NCBI GenBank assembly: GCA_027001995.1
Contig: JALTLO010000026.1
Coordinates: forward strand, 15,010-26,246
DNA from: Planctomycetota bacterium
GTDB lineage: Bacteria > Planctomycetota > GCA-002687715 > DRQF01
Length of the DNA stretch: 11,237 nucleotides
Direction of reading: 5' to 3'
The position numbers were made by a program, and so were the translations under genes. The notes beneath the pieces were generated by a model, which was not told the DNA's origin, ran no database searches, and saw nothing but the letters and a program-made list of their open reading frames with translations. Positions within the stretch are counted from its first letter, which is position 1; every line of letters begins with the position of its first letter. Positions 1 to 7,689 of this stretch are shown here, piece by piece.

Positions 1-521
1 TTTGCCGATAGAAGGTTGCGGCCAAGGGAGTAGTAGGCCAACGGCGACGGATCTAAATCCATGGCTTTCCGAGCTGCCGCAACTGCCGCTTCAGCCTCTC
101 CCAAAATTTCGAGAGCCTCGCAGTATTCCAAATACGCCGGGGCGAAATCTTGACGCAATTTGAGGGCGCGCTCAAGAAAGGCCCGGGCTCGTTTCGGATC
201 TTTTCGAACCAGCATACGCCCGCAAAGGTAGAGGCATTCGAAGTCTTCCTTGTACTCCAAGCATTGCTGGTAAACCTCAACAGCCAACTCTTCTCGGCGA
301 TGTGCCTGGAGGACTTTTCCATACTCGCGCAAAGTCTCGAAACCGGGATCGGCCTTGAGCTTATCATAGTACTCATTTACCGCTTCCACGACGGCAGTTT
401 CTGTCTTGTCGTCAAAGTCAGGGAGAGGGGGCAACTTCATATCTTTGGCAGTGTCGCTACAAGCCCCCAAACTGAGGAGCAACAAAACCAGGGACAAAAT
501 GAACGGCTTAACAAGCATCAT
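1..521 (-). CDS. Tetratricopeptide-repeat (TPR) lipoprotein, 3'-truncated by the window edge (173 codons seen)
   Basis: Not in the ORF track; translated by hand from ATG at 521 (second ATG at 518) with no stop to position 1: MMLVKPFILSLVLLLLSLGAC-SDTAKDMKLPPLPDF...YGKVLQAHRREELAVEVYQQCLEY...YLCGRMLVRKDPKRARAFLERALKLRQDFAPAYLEYCEALEILGEAEAAVAAARKAMDLDPSPLAYYSLGRNLLSA. Hydrophobic leader ends in lipobox LGAC; helical repeats show TPR-like A..Y/F..AL...P and Y..LG patterns. Start overlaps the upstream stop (TAATG). Confidence 0.85.
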   Translation of the reverse strand, partial: MMLVKPFILSLVLLLLSLGACSDTAKDMKLPPLPDFDDKTETAVVEAVNEYYDKLKADPGFETLREYGKVLQAHRREELAVEVYQQCLEYKEDFECLYLCGRMLVRKDPKRARAFLERALKLRQDFAPAYLEYCEALEILGEAEAAVAAARKAMDLDPSPLAYYSLGRNLLSA

Positions 522-2221
522 TATTTCCTTTGACGTCTCAACACGACTGTCTGCCCATGGGTGCAGCCGGGAAAGACCTGTTTTTCGCCACCGGGAAAGA
601 TGACTTCAATTCGATCAACCTTTGTCCGCTTGCCCAAACCGAAGTTGAGAGGCGCCAAACAAGAAGACAGATAGGACGTGGCGGAATTTACAATCCCCCG
701 AGTCATCATGTCACCAGAATAGATTCGCACAACAGCACCATGAACATAGCGCTTCAAGTCATCGTCCATAACTTCCACTTTAATCCAATTCCCCCGATTT
801 TGAACTGTATTGCGATAGAAGCGGGTTTCCTCAGACATAGCATCAATGAATAAATCCTCACCCCCATCCCCATCGAAATCGACAGCCACCATCGCACGGT
901 GATTGGCGACCCAATCACAGGGAAGAGTTGCCACCTTTTGAGCACTCTTCAGAAGTCCAGCTCCGTGATTCTCGAAATACAGATTGCCCTCAGAATAGTA
1001 CTCCCAAGTCGAACCCTTTTGGGCACCCAGAAAAGGCGGATCGTTCCGGGCCACGGAACCATTGACAATCATCAAATCGAAGTCGGCGTCGTTGTCCGGA
1101 TCAAAGAAGGCTGTGCCCCAACCGGTGTAGGGCAAGCTAGCCGCAGCTAAGCCAGTGAGTGCTGTGCCGTCTGAGAAACTGAGCCCCTTTCGTCCCAGAT
1201 AGAGGGTATTGCTTTCCATCTTCACGTTAGTGGTGAAAATGTCAGGATATCCGTTGCCGTCAATATCCCCCACAGCCAGGCCCATGCTCCCCTCCGGAGA
1301 ACCTTGACTATTCACCGCCGTCCCAGACATGAGTCCAGTCTCGACAAAGCCACCGTTCTTGTTGTTGATCCACATGAAGTTGGGAACACTATCATTGGCT
1401 ACATAAAGGTCAGGCCAACCGTCATCATTGAAGTCATCTGCAATGACACCCAAACCATAGGACAGCTTCCCTTTGATTCCTGCTTCGGCGGATACGTTCA
1501 CAAAACGCTTGCCGCCCACATTGCGCCAAAGCTGAGAATCAATCTTCTGGTAGAGCCTAGGATGACAAAAATCCGGCGCCCCAGACGCCAAGAGGCATTC
1601 TGGTGGAGGATCTTGGAGGATAGAACAGCGACAAACAAAAATGTCCAAGAAACCATCCAGGTCATAGTCAATAAACGCGATGGATGTGGTGAACCCATTG
1701 TCGCCGATTCCCATCTCTTTACTGGCGTCGCGAAAATTGCCGTTGCCATCATTGAGATAGATGTGATCTTGACCAATCCCCCCAACATAGATGTCCACAT
1801 CACCGTCGTTATCTACGTCGCCTACGCTGCATCCTGTACTGAAGCTCGGGCTAAATCCGGAGTCGGTAGAGATCAGCTTCCCATCTTTGCCTTGCAGGAA
1901 AAGTCGGTCGGGCACGCCCTCAGATAAGGAACCATTTTGCAAACAAAGAAGATCTAGGCGTTTGTCACCGTTGGCATCGAAAACCGCCATGCCCGTACCG
2001 GTGATTTCATAGAGGGCGAACGTACCAGAGAGCTTAAGAACCCCGACATGGTCAAGCCGAATCTCCTGGGTGGCGTCCGCAAAAATTTGGCCAGGGCCAT
2101 CCCCTGTTGCTTGAGACTTGGAACTTCTCAAAGCGGGCTCAACCGAGGAGTCACCGCCGCAAGCGCTTAGACATAAAGCCCCTAAGAGAATCAGGATCAC
2201 TTGATTGTGGCGATGTAACAT
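521..2221 (-). CDS. CRTAC1-family / ASPIC-UnbV domain lipoprotein with FG-GAP (VCBS-like) Ca-binding repeats, paralog 1
   Basis: 566 aa; lipobox LSAC; seven DxDxDG-like loops (DANGDKRLD, DVDNDGDVD, DYDLDGFLD, DFNDDGWPD, DIDGNGYPD, DPDNDADFD, DFDGDGGED); LYVAND and GSMGLAVGD motifs; C-terminal GAVVRI...SYLS...LNFGLG...DRIEVIFPGG typical of the ASPIC/UnbV domain. Confidence 0.92.
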   Translation of the reverse strand: MLHRHNQVILILLGALCLSACGGDSSVEPALRSSKSQATGDGPGQIFADATQEIRLDHVGVLKLSGTFALYEITGTGMAVFDANGDKRLDLLCLQNGSLSEGVPDRLFLQGKDGKLISTDSGFSPSFSTGCSVGDVDNDGDVDIYVGGIGQDHIYLNDGNGNFRDASKEMGIGDNGFTTSIAFIDYDLDGFLDIFVCRCSILQDPPPECLLASGAPDFCHPRLYQKIDSQLWRNVGGKRFVNVSAEAGIKGKLSYGLGVIADDFNDDGWPDLYVANDSVPNFMWINNKNGGFVETGLMSGTAVNSQGSPEGSMGLAVGDIDGNGYPDIFTTNVKMESNTLYLGRKGLSFSDGTALTGLAAASLPYTGWGTAFFDPDNDADFDLMIVNGSVARNDPPFLGAQKGSTWEYYSEGNLYFENHGAGLLKSAQKVATLPCDWVANHRAMVAVDFDGDGGEDLFIDAMSEETRFYRNTVQNRGNWIKVEVMDDDLKRYVHGAVVRIYSGDMMTRGIVNSATSYLSSCLAPLNFGLGKRTKVDRIEVIFPGGEKQVFPGCTHGQTVVLRRQRK

Positions 2222-2227
2222 GGCCGG

Positions 2228-2256
2228 AGATTACAATGTTCTCAGAGATTGAGCAA
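2228..2256 (-). promoter_or_regulatory. Putative sigma70-type promoter TTGCTC-N17-TAATCT, 6 nt upstream of the ATG (leaderless geometry)
   Basis: Minus strand reads TTGCTC (2256-2251), 17-nt spacer, TAATCT (2233-2228), CCGGCC, ATG (2221). No Shine-Dalgarno in front of the ATG. The paralog has the same geometry. Confidence 0.55.
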
Positions 2257-2353
2257 CAACTCATACCACCAAGAAACTATTCCCCACTTGGGAATTGACG
2301 ATGATCTGGCAATCTTGACAGCCCCAGGAATGGTGCATGAAAATTCAACTCAT

Positions 2354-4042
2354 CTATCGTCTGAGTGTCACGGTATTTCCGTGAGCTGGGCCGGGGTAGG
2401 TTTTCTTCTCGCCCCCCGGAAAGATCACTTCAATGCGATCGGCCTTGGGGTTCGTCCCAAGGCCAAATTTCAAGGGTGCCAAGCAAGCTGACTGATAAGA
2501 GGTGGCGGAATTCACCAGCCCCCGTAGGATCTTGTCCCCAACGTAGACCCGCACCACGGCACCAAACGCTGCCCGCTTCAGTTTCTCGTCTCTAACGTCG
2601 ACTTTGATCCAATGGCCGCGATTTTTCACCACATTGCGGTAAAAGCGGGTGGCTTCCGATGTGGCATTGATAAACAGATCTTCACCCCCGTCCCCATCAA
2701 AATCCACAGCAATCATAGCCCGGTGATTCGCTACCGAATCGCAAGGGGCTTGGGCTTTCTCGGAAGCAGCCTGTAGGCGGCCGTCGCCGGTGTTCTCGAA
2801 GAACAGATTGGATTCGGCGTAGTTTTCCCATTCCGATCCTGGTTTCGCCCCTGGATTGGGTTTCTCCAAGCGGACAACGGAACCATTCACAATCATCAAA
2901 TCCAAATCGCCATCATTCTCGGGATCAAGGAACGCAGTCCCCCAGCCGGTGTGAGGTAAACTTGCCACGGACAAACCGCTCCTGGCCGTTCCATCAGTAA
3001 ACCGGAGTCCCTCATGGCCCAAGTAAAGGGTATTACTTTCCATCATCAAGTTGGTCGTGAAGATGTCTAAGTAACCGTTGCCATCGACATCCCCAGTCGC
3101 CAACCCCATGCTACTCTCAGATGCCCCTTGGCCATTCACGGCCACCCCGGCCACAAGAGCCTCCTCTGTGAATCCACCCACCTTGTTGTTCACCCACATG
3201 AAGTTTGGGACACCATCATTGGCAACATAGAGATCTGGCCAACCGTCGTCGTTGAAGTCGTCAACAATCACCCCCAAGCCATAGGAGAGCTTTTGCGCAA
3301 TCCCGGCTTTCTCCGAGACGTCAACGAATTTCTTACCACCGACGTTGCGCAAGAGTTGAGAGTCGATGCGCTTGTAGGTCCGAGGATGGCAATAGTCTTG
3401 CCGTCCTAACGTCCCTGAGCAAACAGGTGGCTCCTCTGCCAAAGATGTATAGCGACAAGCAAAGATGTCGAGGAAGCCATCCAGGTCATAGTCGATAAAA
3501 GTCAAGGACGTGGTGAAGCCATTGTCCTTCATTCCCATCTGCAAACTGACATCCTTGAACTTCCCAGAGCCGTCGTTCTGATAGACGCGATCCATCCCCA
3601 CAGCGCCGACGATGATGTCAATATCCCCATCGTTGTCTATGTCGCCTACAGTACAGCCCGTGCTAAACGATCCCGAGAACCCAACTTCGTCACCGGCTCT
3701 TGTAAGCTTGCCCCCTGGCCCCTGAAAATAGAGGACGTCCTTTGTCGGCTGCTGAAAGGAACCGTTTTCGAGACACAATAGATCCAAGCGTCCGTCACCA
3801 TTGGCATCAAAAACCGCCATGCCAGCCCCGGTGATTTCGTAAATCGGAAACTTACCACTCACTTCAAGATGATGGACAAAATCCAGGCCAATCTCGGCCG
3901 TCGCATCTTCAAAGAAGGACTCAATGGTATTCTCACTTTCTCTGGCCCCAGCGGCGGATGCAGGGGAGTCTTTCCCCCCGCAGGCACACAGTGACAACAA
4001 GAAAATGGTCAAAATTGTGAGGCGATAGCAGCGATGTAACAT
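2354..4042 (-). CDS. CRTAC1-family / ASPIC-UnbV domain lipoprotein with FG-GAP repeats, paralog 2
   Basis: 562 aa; lipobox LCAC; seven DxDxDG-like loops (DANGDGRLD, DIDNDGDID, DYDLDGFLD, DFNDDGWPD, DVDGNGYLD, DPENDGDLD, DFDGDGGED); C-terminal SYQS...LKFGLG...DRIEVIFPGG; colinear with 521..2221. Confidence 0.92.
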   Translation of the reverse strand: MLHRCYRLTILTIFLLSLCACGGKDSPASAAGARESENTIESFFEDATAEIGLDFVHHLEVSGKFPIYEITGAGMAVFDANGDGRLDLLCLENGSFQQPTKDVLYFQGPGGKLTRAGDEVGFSGSFSTGCTVGDIDNDGDIDIIVGAVGMDRVYQNDGSGKFKDVSLQMGMKDNGFTTSLTFIDYDLDGFLDIFACRYTSLAEEPPVCSGTLGRQDYCHPRTYKRIDSQLLRNVGGKKFVDVSEKAGIAQKLSYGLGVIVDDFNDDGWPDLYVANDGVPNFMWVNNKVGGFTEEALVAGVAVNGQGASESSMGLATGDVDGNGYLDIFTTNLMMESNTLYLGHEGLRFTDGTARSGLSVASLPHTGWGTAFLDPENDGDLDLMIVNGSVVRLEKPNPGAKPGSEWENYAESNLFFENTGDGRLQAASEKAQAPCDSVANHRAMIAVDFDGDGGEDLFINATSEATRFYRNVVKNRGHWIKVDVRDEKLKRAAFGAVVRVYVGDKILRGLVNSATSYQSACLAPLKFGLGTNPKADRIEVIFPGGEKKTYPGPAHGNTVTLRR

Positions 4043-4048
4043 GAACAG

Positions 4049-4077
4049 AGCCTACTCCTTATAGCCATTATCGGCAA
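4049..4077 (-). promoter_or_regulatory. Putative sigma70-type promoter TTGCCG-N17-TAGGCT, 6 nt upstream of the ATG (leaderless geometry)
   Basis: Minus strand reads TTGCCG (4077-4072), 17-nt spacer, TAGGCT (4054-4049), CTGTTC, ATG (4042). An AAGGAG (4060-4055) lies 12 nt from the ATG, inside the spacer. Confidence 0.5.
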
Positions 4078-4197
4078 CTATGACCGAAACCTTCTGATTC
4101 TGTCCATCTCCATAGCTGCGTGGTCCCCAAGAACAGCGGACAAATCGGCCAAAAGACGGAAAGCTTCCCAATCATGGCCCGTAGACCATATGAGTCG

Positions 4198-4226
4198 TGG
4201 ACAAAACCGCTCCCTTGAGCCATGCT
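4198..4226 (+). promoter_or_regulatory. Possible sigma70-type promoter TGGACA-N17-CATGCT for the S41 protease
   Basis: TGGACA 4198-4203, 17-nt spacer, CATGCT 4221-4226 (keeps -11A and -7T). It overlaps the ATG at 4222, which favours the downstream start at 4264. Confidence 0.3.
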
Positions 4227-4263
4227 CACCAACCCATCAATCAGACAAATCCCTTGGAGAAGA

Positions 4264-7200
4264 ATGTTGCGTCTATTTAGATTCATTTTACTGGCGATTC
4301 TCATGCCACTGTCCCTCTGGGCTCAGAATGGAACCGAGATTCAGCTCATGCGCGGCAGCACGGTTTCTGCCGATGGCAGCCAGATTGCCTTTTCGTGGCA
4401 ACAAGACATTTGGTTAGCACCGATCACTGGGGGCAGTGCGACACGCCTGACCTTTCATCCCGCGGACGATTCAACGCCACGCTTTTCTCCTGATGGCAAG
4501 CAAATCGCTTTCGTTTCCCGGAGGGACGGTTCCGCCCAAATCTACTTAGTCCCCACGCTTGGTGGCATCCCAAAGCGTGTCACTTTGCATACGGAAGGTT
4601 ACAGCTTAGTTGAATGGCTTAAGGATGGAACCGGCCTTCTCGTCCGTGCTAACCGAGATCATTTCTGGCGCAACGGCAGCCGCTTCTTCATCCAATCCTT
4701 GGATGGCAGTCGAGCACCAACCTTGCTCTTCAATGGCTATGGCCACAGCGGTACCTTATCCAAACATGGCAGTGACTTACTTTATTGCCGGGAGCGGGCA
4801 TCTACCTACCGCAAGCGCTACACCGGCTCCGAATCTGAACAAATTTGGCAATTCGACCGCAGCACCAACACCCACAAACTGATCTTGAAAGAAAAGCACT
4901 TCAATAGACATCCCATGTGGGACGCCAATGAAGCCGGTTTCTACTACATCAGTGAGCGCAGTGGCAGCTACAACCTTTGGCACCACGATCTCGTTCCTGA
5001 ATCTCCTGACACCCAACTCACTAACTACAAAAAAGATGGTCCCATGTTCCCGGCGATCTCTGCCGACGGCAAGACCATCATCTTCCGCAGACTCTTCGAT
5101 CTCTACAGCTTTGACACCCGAACCAACACCACGAAGAAGATCCCCTTGAACGATGGTGGCCGGTCAACTTTGAATCGCGTTCAAAACTTGGTTCAAGAAT
5201 CTGCGACCGAAGCGACTTTCACCCCAGACGGCCGGGTCATGGCATTCAGTGCTGGAAACGACATCTGGGTCATGGACACCGTCCTCAAAGAAGCCATCCA
5301 GGTGACATACGACGCCACAGAGCAGAAGTCACCCCTCTTTGTCGACAATGACACTTTGATGTTCATCAGCTACGAAGGCGGTGATGCAGACATCTGGACC
5401 GCCACCCGCAAAGACACCAAGAAGTTCTTCTGGCAGAATCAGTCATTCAACTTCAAGAGGCTGACCCAGAATCCAAACGTAGAAACCGGGCTCAGGCTTC
5501 TCCCCGACGGCAAACGTGTGTCCTACACCCAAGATCGTGGAGACCTGATGATCATGAATCTGGATGGCAGCGGCACCCGCAAAATCCTCTCCGGCTGGAA
5601 CATGCCCGACTACGATTTCTCACCCGATTGCAAATGGCTGGCCTATTCCGTCGAAGACAACGATTTCAACAGCGACATCTGGATCAAAAGGGTCAATGGC
5701 AAGGGCAAGCCTTTCAATTTATCATGCCACCCAGACCGTGATTACAATCCCCGGTTCAGCCCAGATGGCAAAGTCCTTGCATTTGTAGGCAGACGTTGGG
5801 GCACAGAGTCTGACATCGCCTATGTCTACTTGACCAAGGATAGCGCTGAAGAAACATCAAGAGATCGCAAACTCGAAAAAGCGATCAAGAAGATGAAAGA
5901 GCGCAAGAAAAGCAGCAAGAAGCCATTGAAGAAGGAGCCCAAAAAGACAACAGCCATAGAGGACAAACCCAAAGCAACGAGCAAGCCCAGCAAGGCAAAA
6001 ACGAAGGCCAAAGGGAAGTCCAAACCAAGAGTCAAGAAACTCAAGAAGCAAAAGTCTGACCAAGTGAAGGCTGTCAAGATCCACTTCGCTGGCATCCGCG
6101 ATCGCATTCAACGCATCCGCAACTTCGGCAGCTCTGAGCGCGGTTTGGTCTTCCTACCGGAAGGCGCCAAACTTCTCTTCGCTGCATCTGTCAAAGGCAA
6201 AAGAGGGGTCTACTCAGTGGAGTTCCCTGATAAGTTGTCCCCCAAATATTTCTCCTCACAAGCCCCCCATTCCCTAGCCAAGATTCACCAAGCCAAGAAA
6301 TTGGTCGGGGTTTTGTCTGGCAAGCCAGCCATCTTTTCAAGCAATGGTAAATCAGAGACTTTCAGCTTTCGCGCTCAACAATCCATTGATCTAGCGGCCC
6401 TCTCTGGTGCCATCTTCCGTCAAGCTTGGATGCTCATGCGGGACCACTTCTACGATGAAAACTTGGGCAACAACAACTGGGACGAAATCTATCGCAAGTA
6501 TGCTCCTATGGCGAACAAGTGTGTCGACGCAACCTCTCTCGGCGAAGTCGGCAACATGATGTTGGGAGAGCTAAACGGATCTCACCTCGGATTCCGCCTG
6601 AGATCTCTGCCAAGTTCAAAAAGCACCACAACCAAGACATGGCGGGCAACCACAGGGCACTTAGGCTGTCGCTTTGACCCGACCTGGAAAGGCCCTGGCC
6701 TGAAGATCAAAGATGTCATCCGCAAGAGTCCCGCTGCCAAGAAAAACAGCTTGCTGCGAGCCGGAGAAGTCATCGTCAGTATCGACGGAACCAACGTCGA
6801 TCCAGGCATGGAGATCGCTTCAGTCATGACGGGTAACGCTCAAAGAGATGTTCAGCTCTTGGTGCGCGACAAAGATGGTGTCGAACGCAATGTGACCATC
6901 AGGCCAACAAGCTACCGGGCGATACGTTCCCAACTCTACGAAGAGTGGCTTCGCGACAACCGACAGATGGTCGCTCGCTTATCTCAGGGAAAATTGGGCT
7001 ACCTCCACATCAAGGCAATGAGTGGCGGTAACCTCATCCGTTTCGACGAAGAGCTCTACCGGGTAGGCCATGGCAAGGACGGCCTCATCATTGACGTCCG
7101 GGAAAATGGAGGGGGCTCCATCACCGATCATCTTCTCACTTGCTTAACTCAACCTACCCATGCCATCACAAAACCTCGAGGCGGTGGGGAAGGTTATCCT

Positions 7201-7599
7201 GGTGGGCGTCGCATCTATGCGACCTGGGATAAACCCATCATCGTCTTGTGCAATCAGAACAGTTTTTCGAATGCTGAGATCTTCTCTCATGCTATTAAGA
7301 CCCTCAAGCGAGGTCGTGTTGTTGGTGTGCAAACTGCTGGCGGCGTGATTTCTACAGGGGGACGTAGCATCATGGGGCTTGGCTTCGTGCGCATGCCATT
7401 TCGCGGTTGGTACCTTCTCGACGGCGAAGACATGGAGCTCAACGGCTGCATGCCGGACATTGAAATCTGGCCGCAGCCGGGAGACTGGCCCGCTGGCATC
7501 GACGAGCAAATGAGCAAGGCTGTGACCATGCTGCTGGAAGATGTGGAGACTTGGAAATCTCGCCCACGTCCGAAACTGAGAAAGTCTTCCGAACGTTAG
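4264..7599 (+). CDS. Secreted tricorn-like protease, peptidase family S41 (PD40 propellers, C1, PDZ, S41 catalytic domain)
   Basis: The ORF track starts at 4222; I prefer ATG 4264 (GGAG just upstream; MLRLFRFILLAILMPLSLWA-Q is a clean signal peptide). PD40/TolB-like repeats (PRFSPDGKQIAFVSRR, PAISADGKTIIF, FSPDCKWLAY, PRFSPDGKVLAF); tricorn C1 region (AWMLMRDHFYD...W..IYRKY...MLGELNGSH, His codon 6583-6585); PDZ (GHLGCRF...SPA...GEVIVSIDG); S41 core (LGYLHI, GLIIDVRENGGG, NQNSFSNAEIF with Ser codon 7267-7269, VVGVQTAGG, MELNGCMPDIEI). Confidence 0.93.
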   Translation: MLRLFRFILLAILMPLSLWAQNGTEIQLMRGSTVSADGSQIAFSWQQDIWLAPITGGSATRLTFHPADDSTPRFSPDGKQIAFVSRRDGSAQIYLVPTLGGIPKRVTLHTEGYSLVEWLKDGTGLLVRANRDHFWRNGSRFFIQSLDGSRAPTLLFNGYGHSGTLSKHGSDLLYCRERASTYRKRYTGSESEQIWQFDRSTNTHKLILKEKHFNRHPMWDANEAGFYYISERSGSYNLWHHDLVPESPDTQLTNYKKDGPMFPAISADGKTIIFRRLFDLYSFDTRTNTTKKIPLNDGGRSTLNRVQNLVQESATEATFTPDGRVMAFSAGNDIWVMDTVLKEAIQVTYDATEQKSPLFVDNDTLMFISYEGGDADIWTATRKDTKKFFWQNQSFNFKRLTQNPNVETGLRLLPDGKRVSYTQDRGDLMIMNLDGSGTRKILSGWNMPDYDFSPDCKWLAYSVEDNDFNSDIWIKRVNGKGKPFNLSCHPDRDYNPRFSPDGKVLAFVGRRWGTESDIAYVYLTKDSAEETSRDRKLEKAIKKMKERKKSSKKPLKKEPKKTTAIEDKPKATSKPSKAKTKAKGKSKPRVKKLKKQKSDQVKAVKIHFAGIRDRIQRIRNFGSSERGLVFLPEGAKLLFAASVKGKRGVYSVEFPDKLSPKYFSSQAPHSLAKIHQAKKLVGVLSGKPAIFSSNGKSETFSFRAQQSIDLAALSGAIFRQAWMLMRDHFYDENLGNNNWDEIYRKYAPMANKCVDATSLGEVGNMMLGELNGSHLGFRLRSLPSSKSTTTKTWRATTGHLGCRFDPTWKGPGLKIKDVIRKSPAAKKNSLLRAGEVIVSIDGTNVDPGMEIASVMTGNAQRDVQLLVRDKDGVERNVTIRPTSYRAIRSQLYEEWLRDNRQMVARLSQGKLGYLHIKAMSGGNLIRFDEELYRVGHGKDGLIIDVRENGGGSITDHLLTCLTQPTHAITKPRGGGEGYPGGRRIYATWDKPIIVLCNQNSFSNAEIFSHAIKTLKRGRVVGVQTAGGVISTGGRSIMGLGFVRMPFRGWYLLDGEDMELNGCMPDIEIWPQPGDWPAGIDEQMSKAVTMLLEDVETWKSRPRPKLRKSSER

Positions 7600-7622
7600 A
7601 AAAAAGTTCACCGGCATAGACC

Positions 7623-7664
7623 AAAAGAAGCGCCAGGACCCACCACGTCCTGGCGCTTCTCTTT
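7623..7664. terminator. Bidirectional intrinsic terminator between convergent genes
   Basis: Perfect 14-bp stem AGAAGCGCCAGGAC (7626-7639) / GTCCTGGCGCTTCT (7647-7660), 7-nt loop, A-run before and T-rich run after, within the 90-nt gap between stops at 7599 (+) and 7690 (-). Confidence 0.85.
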
Positions 7665-7689
7665 ATGGTACACAAAATAAATGCGCTTC

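Noticed and set aside
53..603. ORF-track ORFs 53..376(-), 150..533(+) and 406..603(+)
   Set aside because: Shadow frames over the TPR lipoprotein gene, which has a lipobox, TPR patterns and a coupled start.
2279..2295. Small hairpin ATTCCC-CACTT-GGGAAT between the paralogs
   Set aside because: Only a 6-bp stem with no adjacent U-run; too weak to call a terminator.
521..4042. Enediyne biosynthetic cluster because of the UnbV-like domain
   Set aside because: No enediyne PKS, thioesterase or other core genes in the window; the ASPIC/UnbV domain is widespread outside such clusters.
4222..5830. TolB or a simple C-terminal processing protease (CtpA/Prc)
   Set aside because: The PD40 repeats are fused to tricorn C1, PDZ and an S41 core in a protein of about 1100 aa; no tol-pal genes are nearby.
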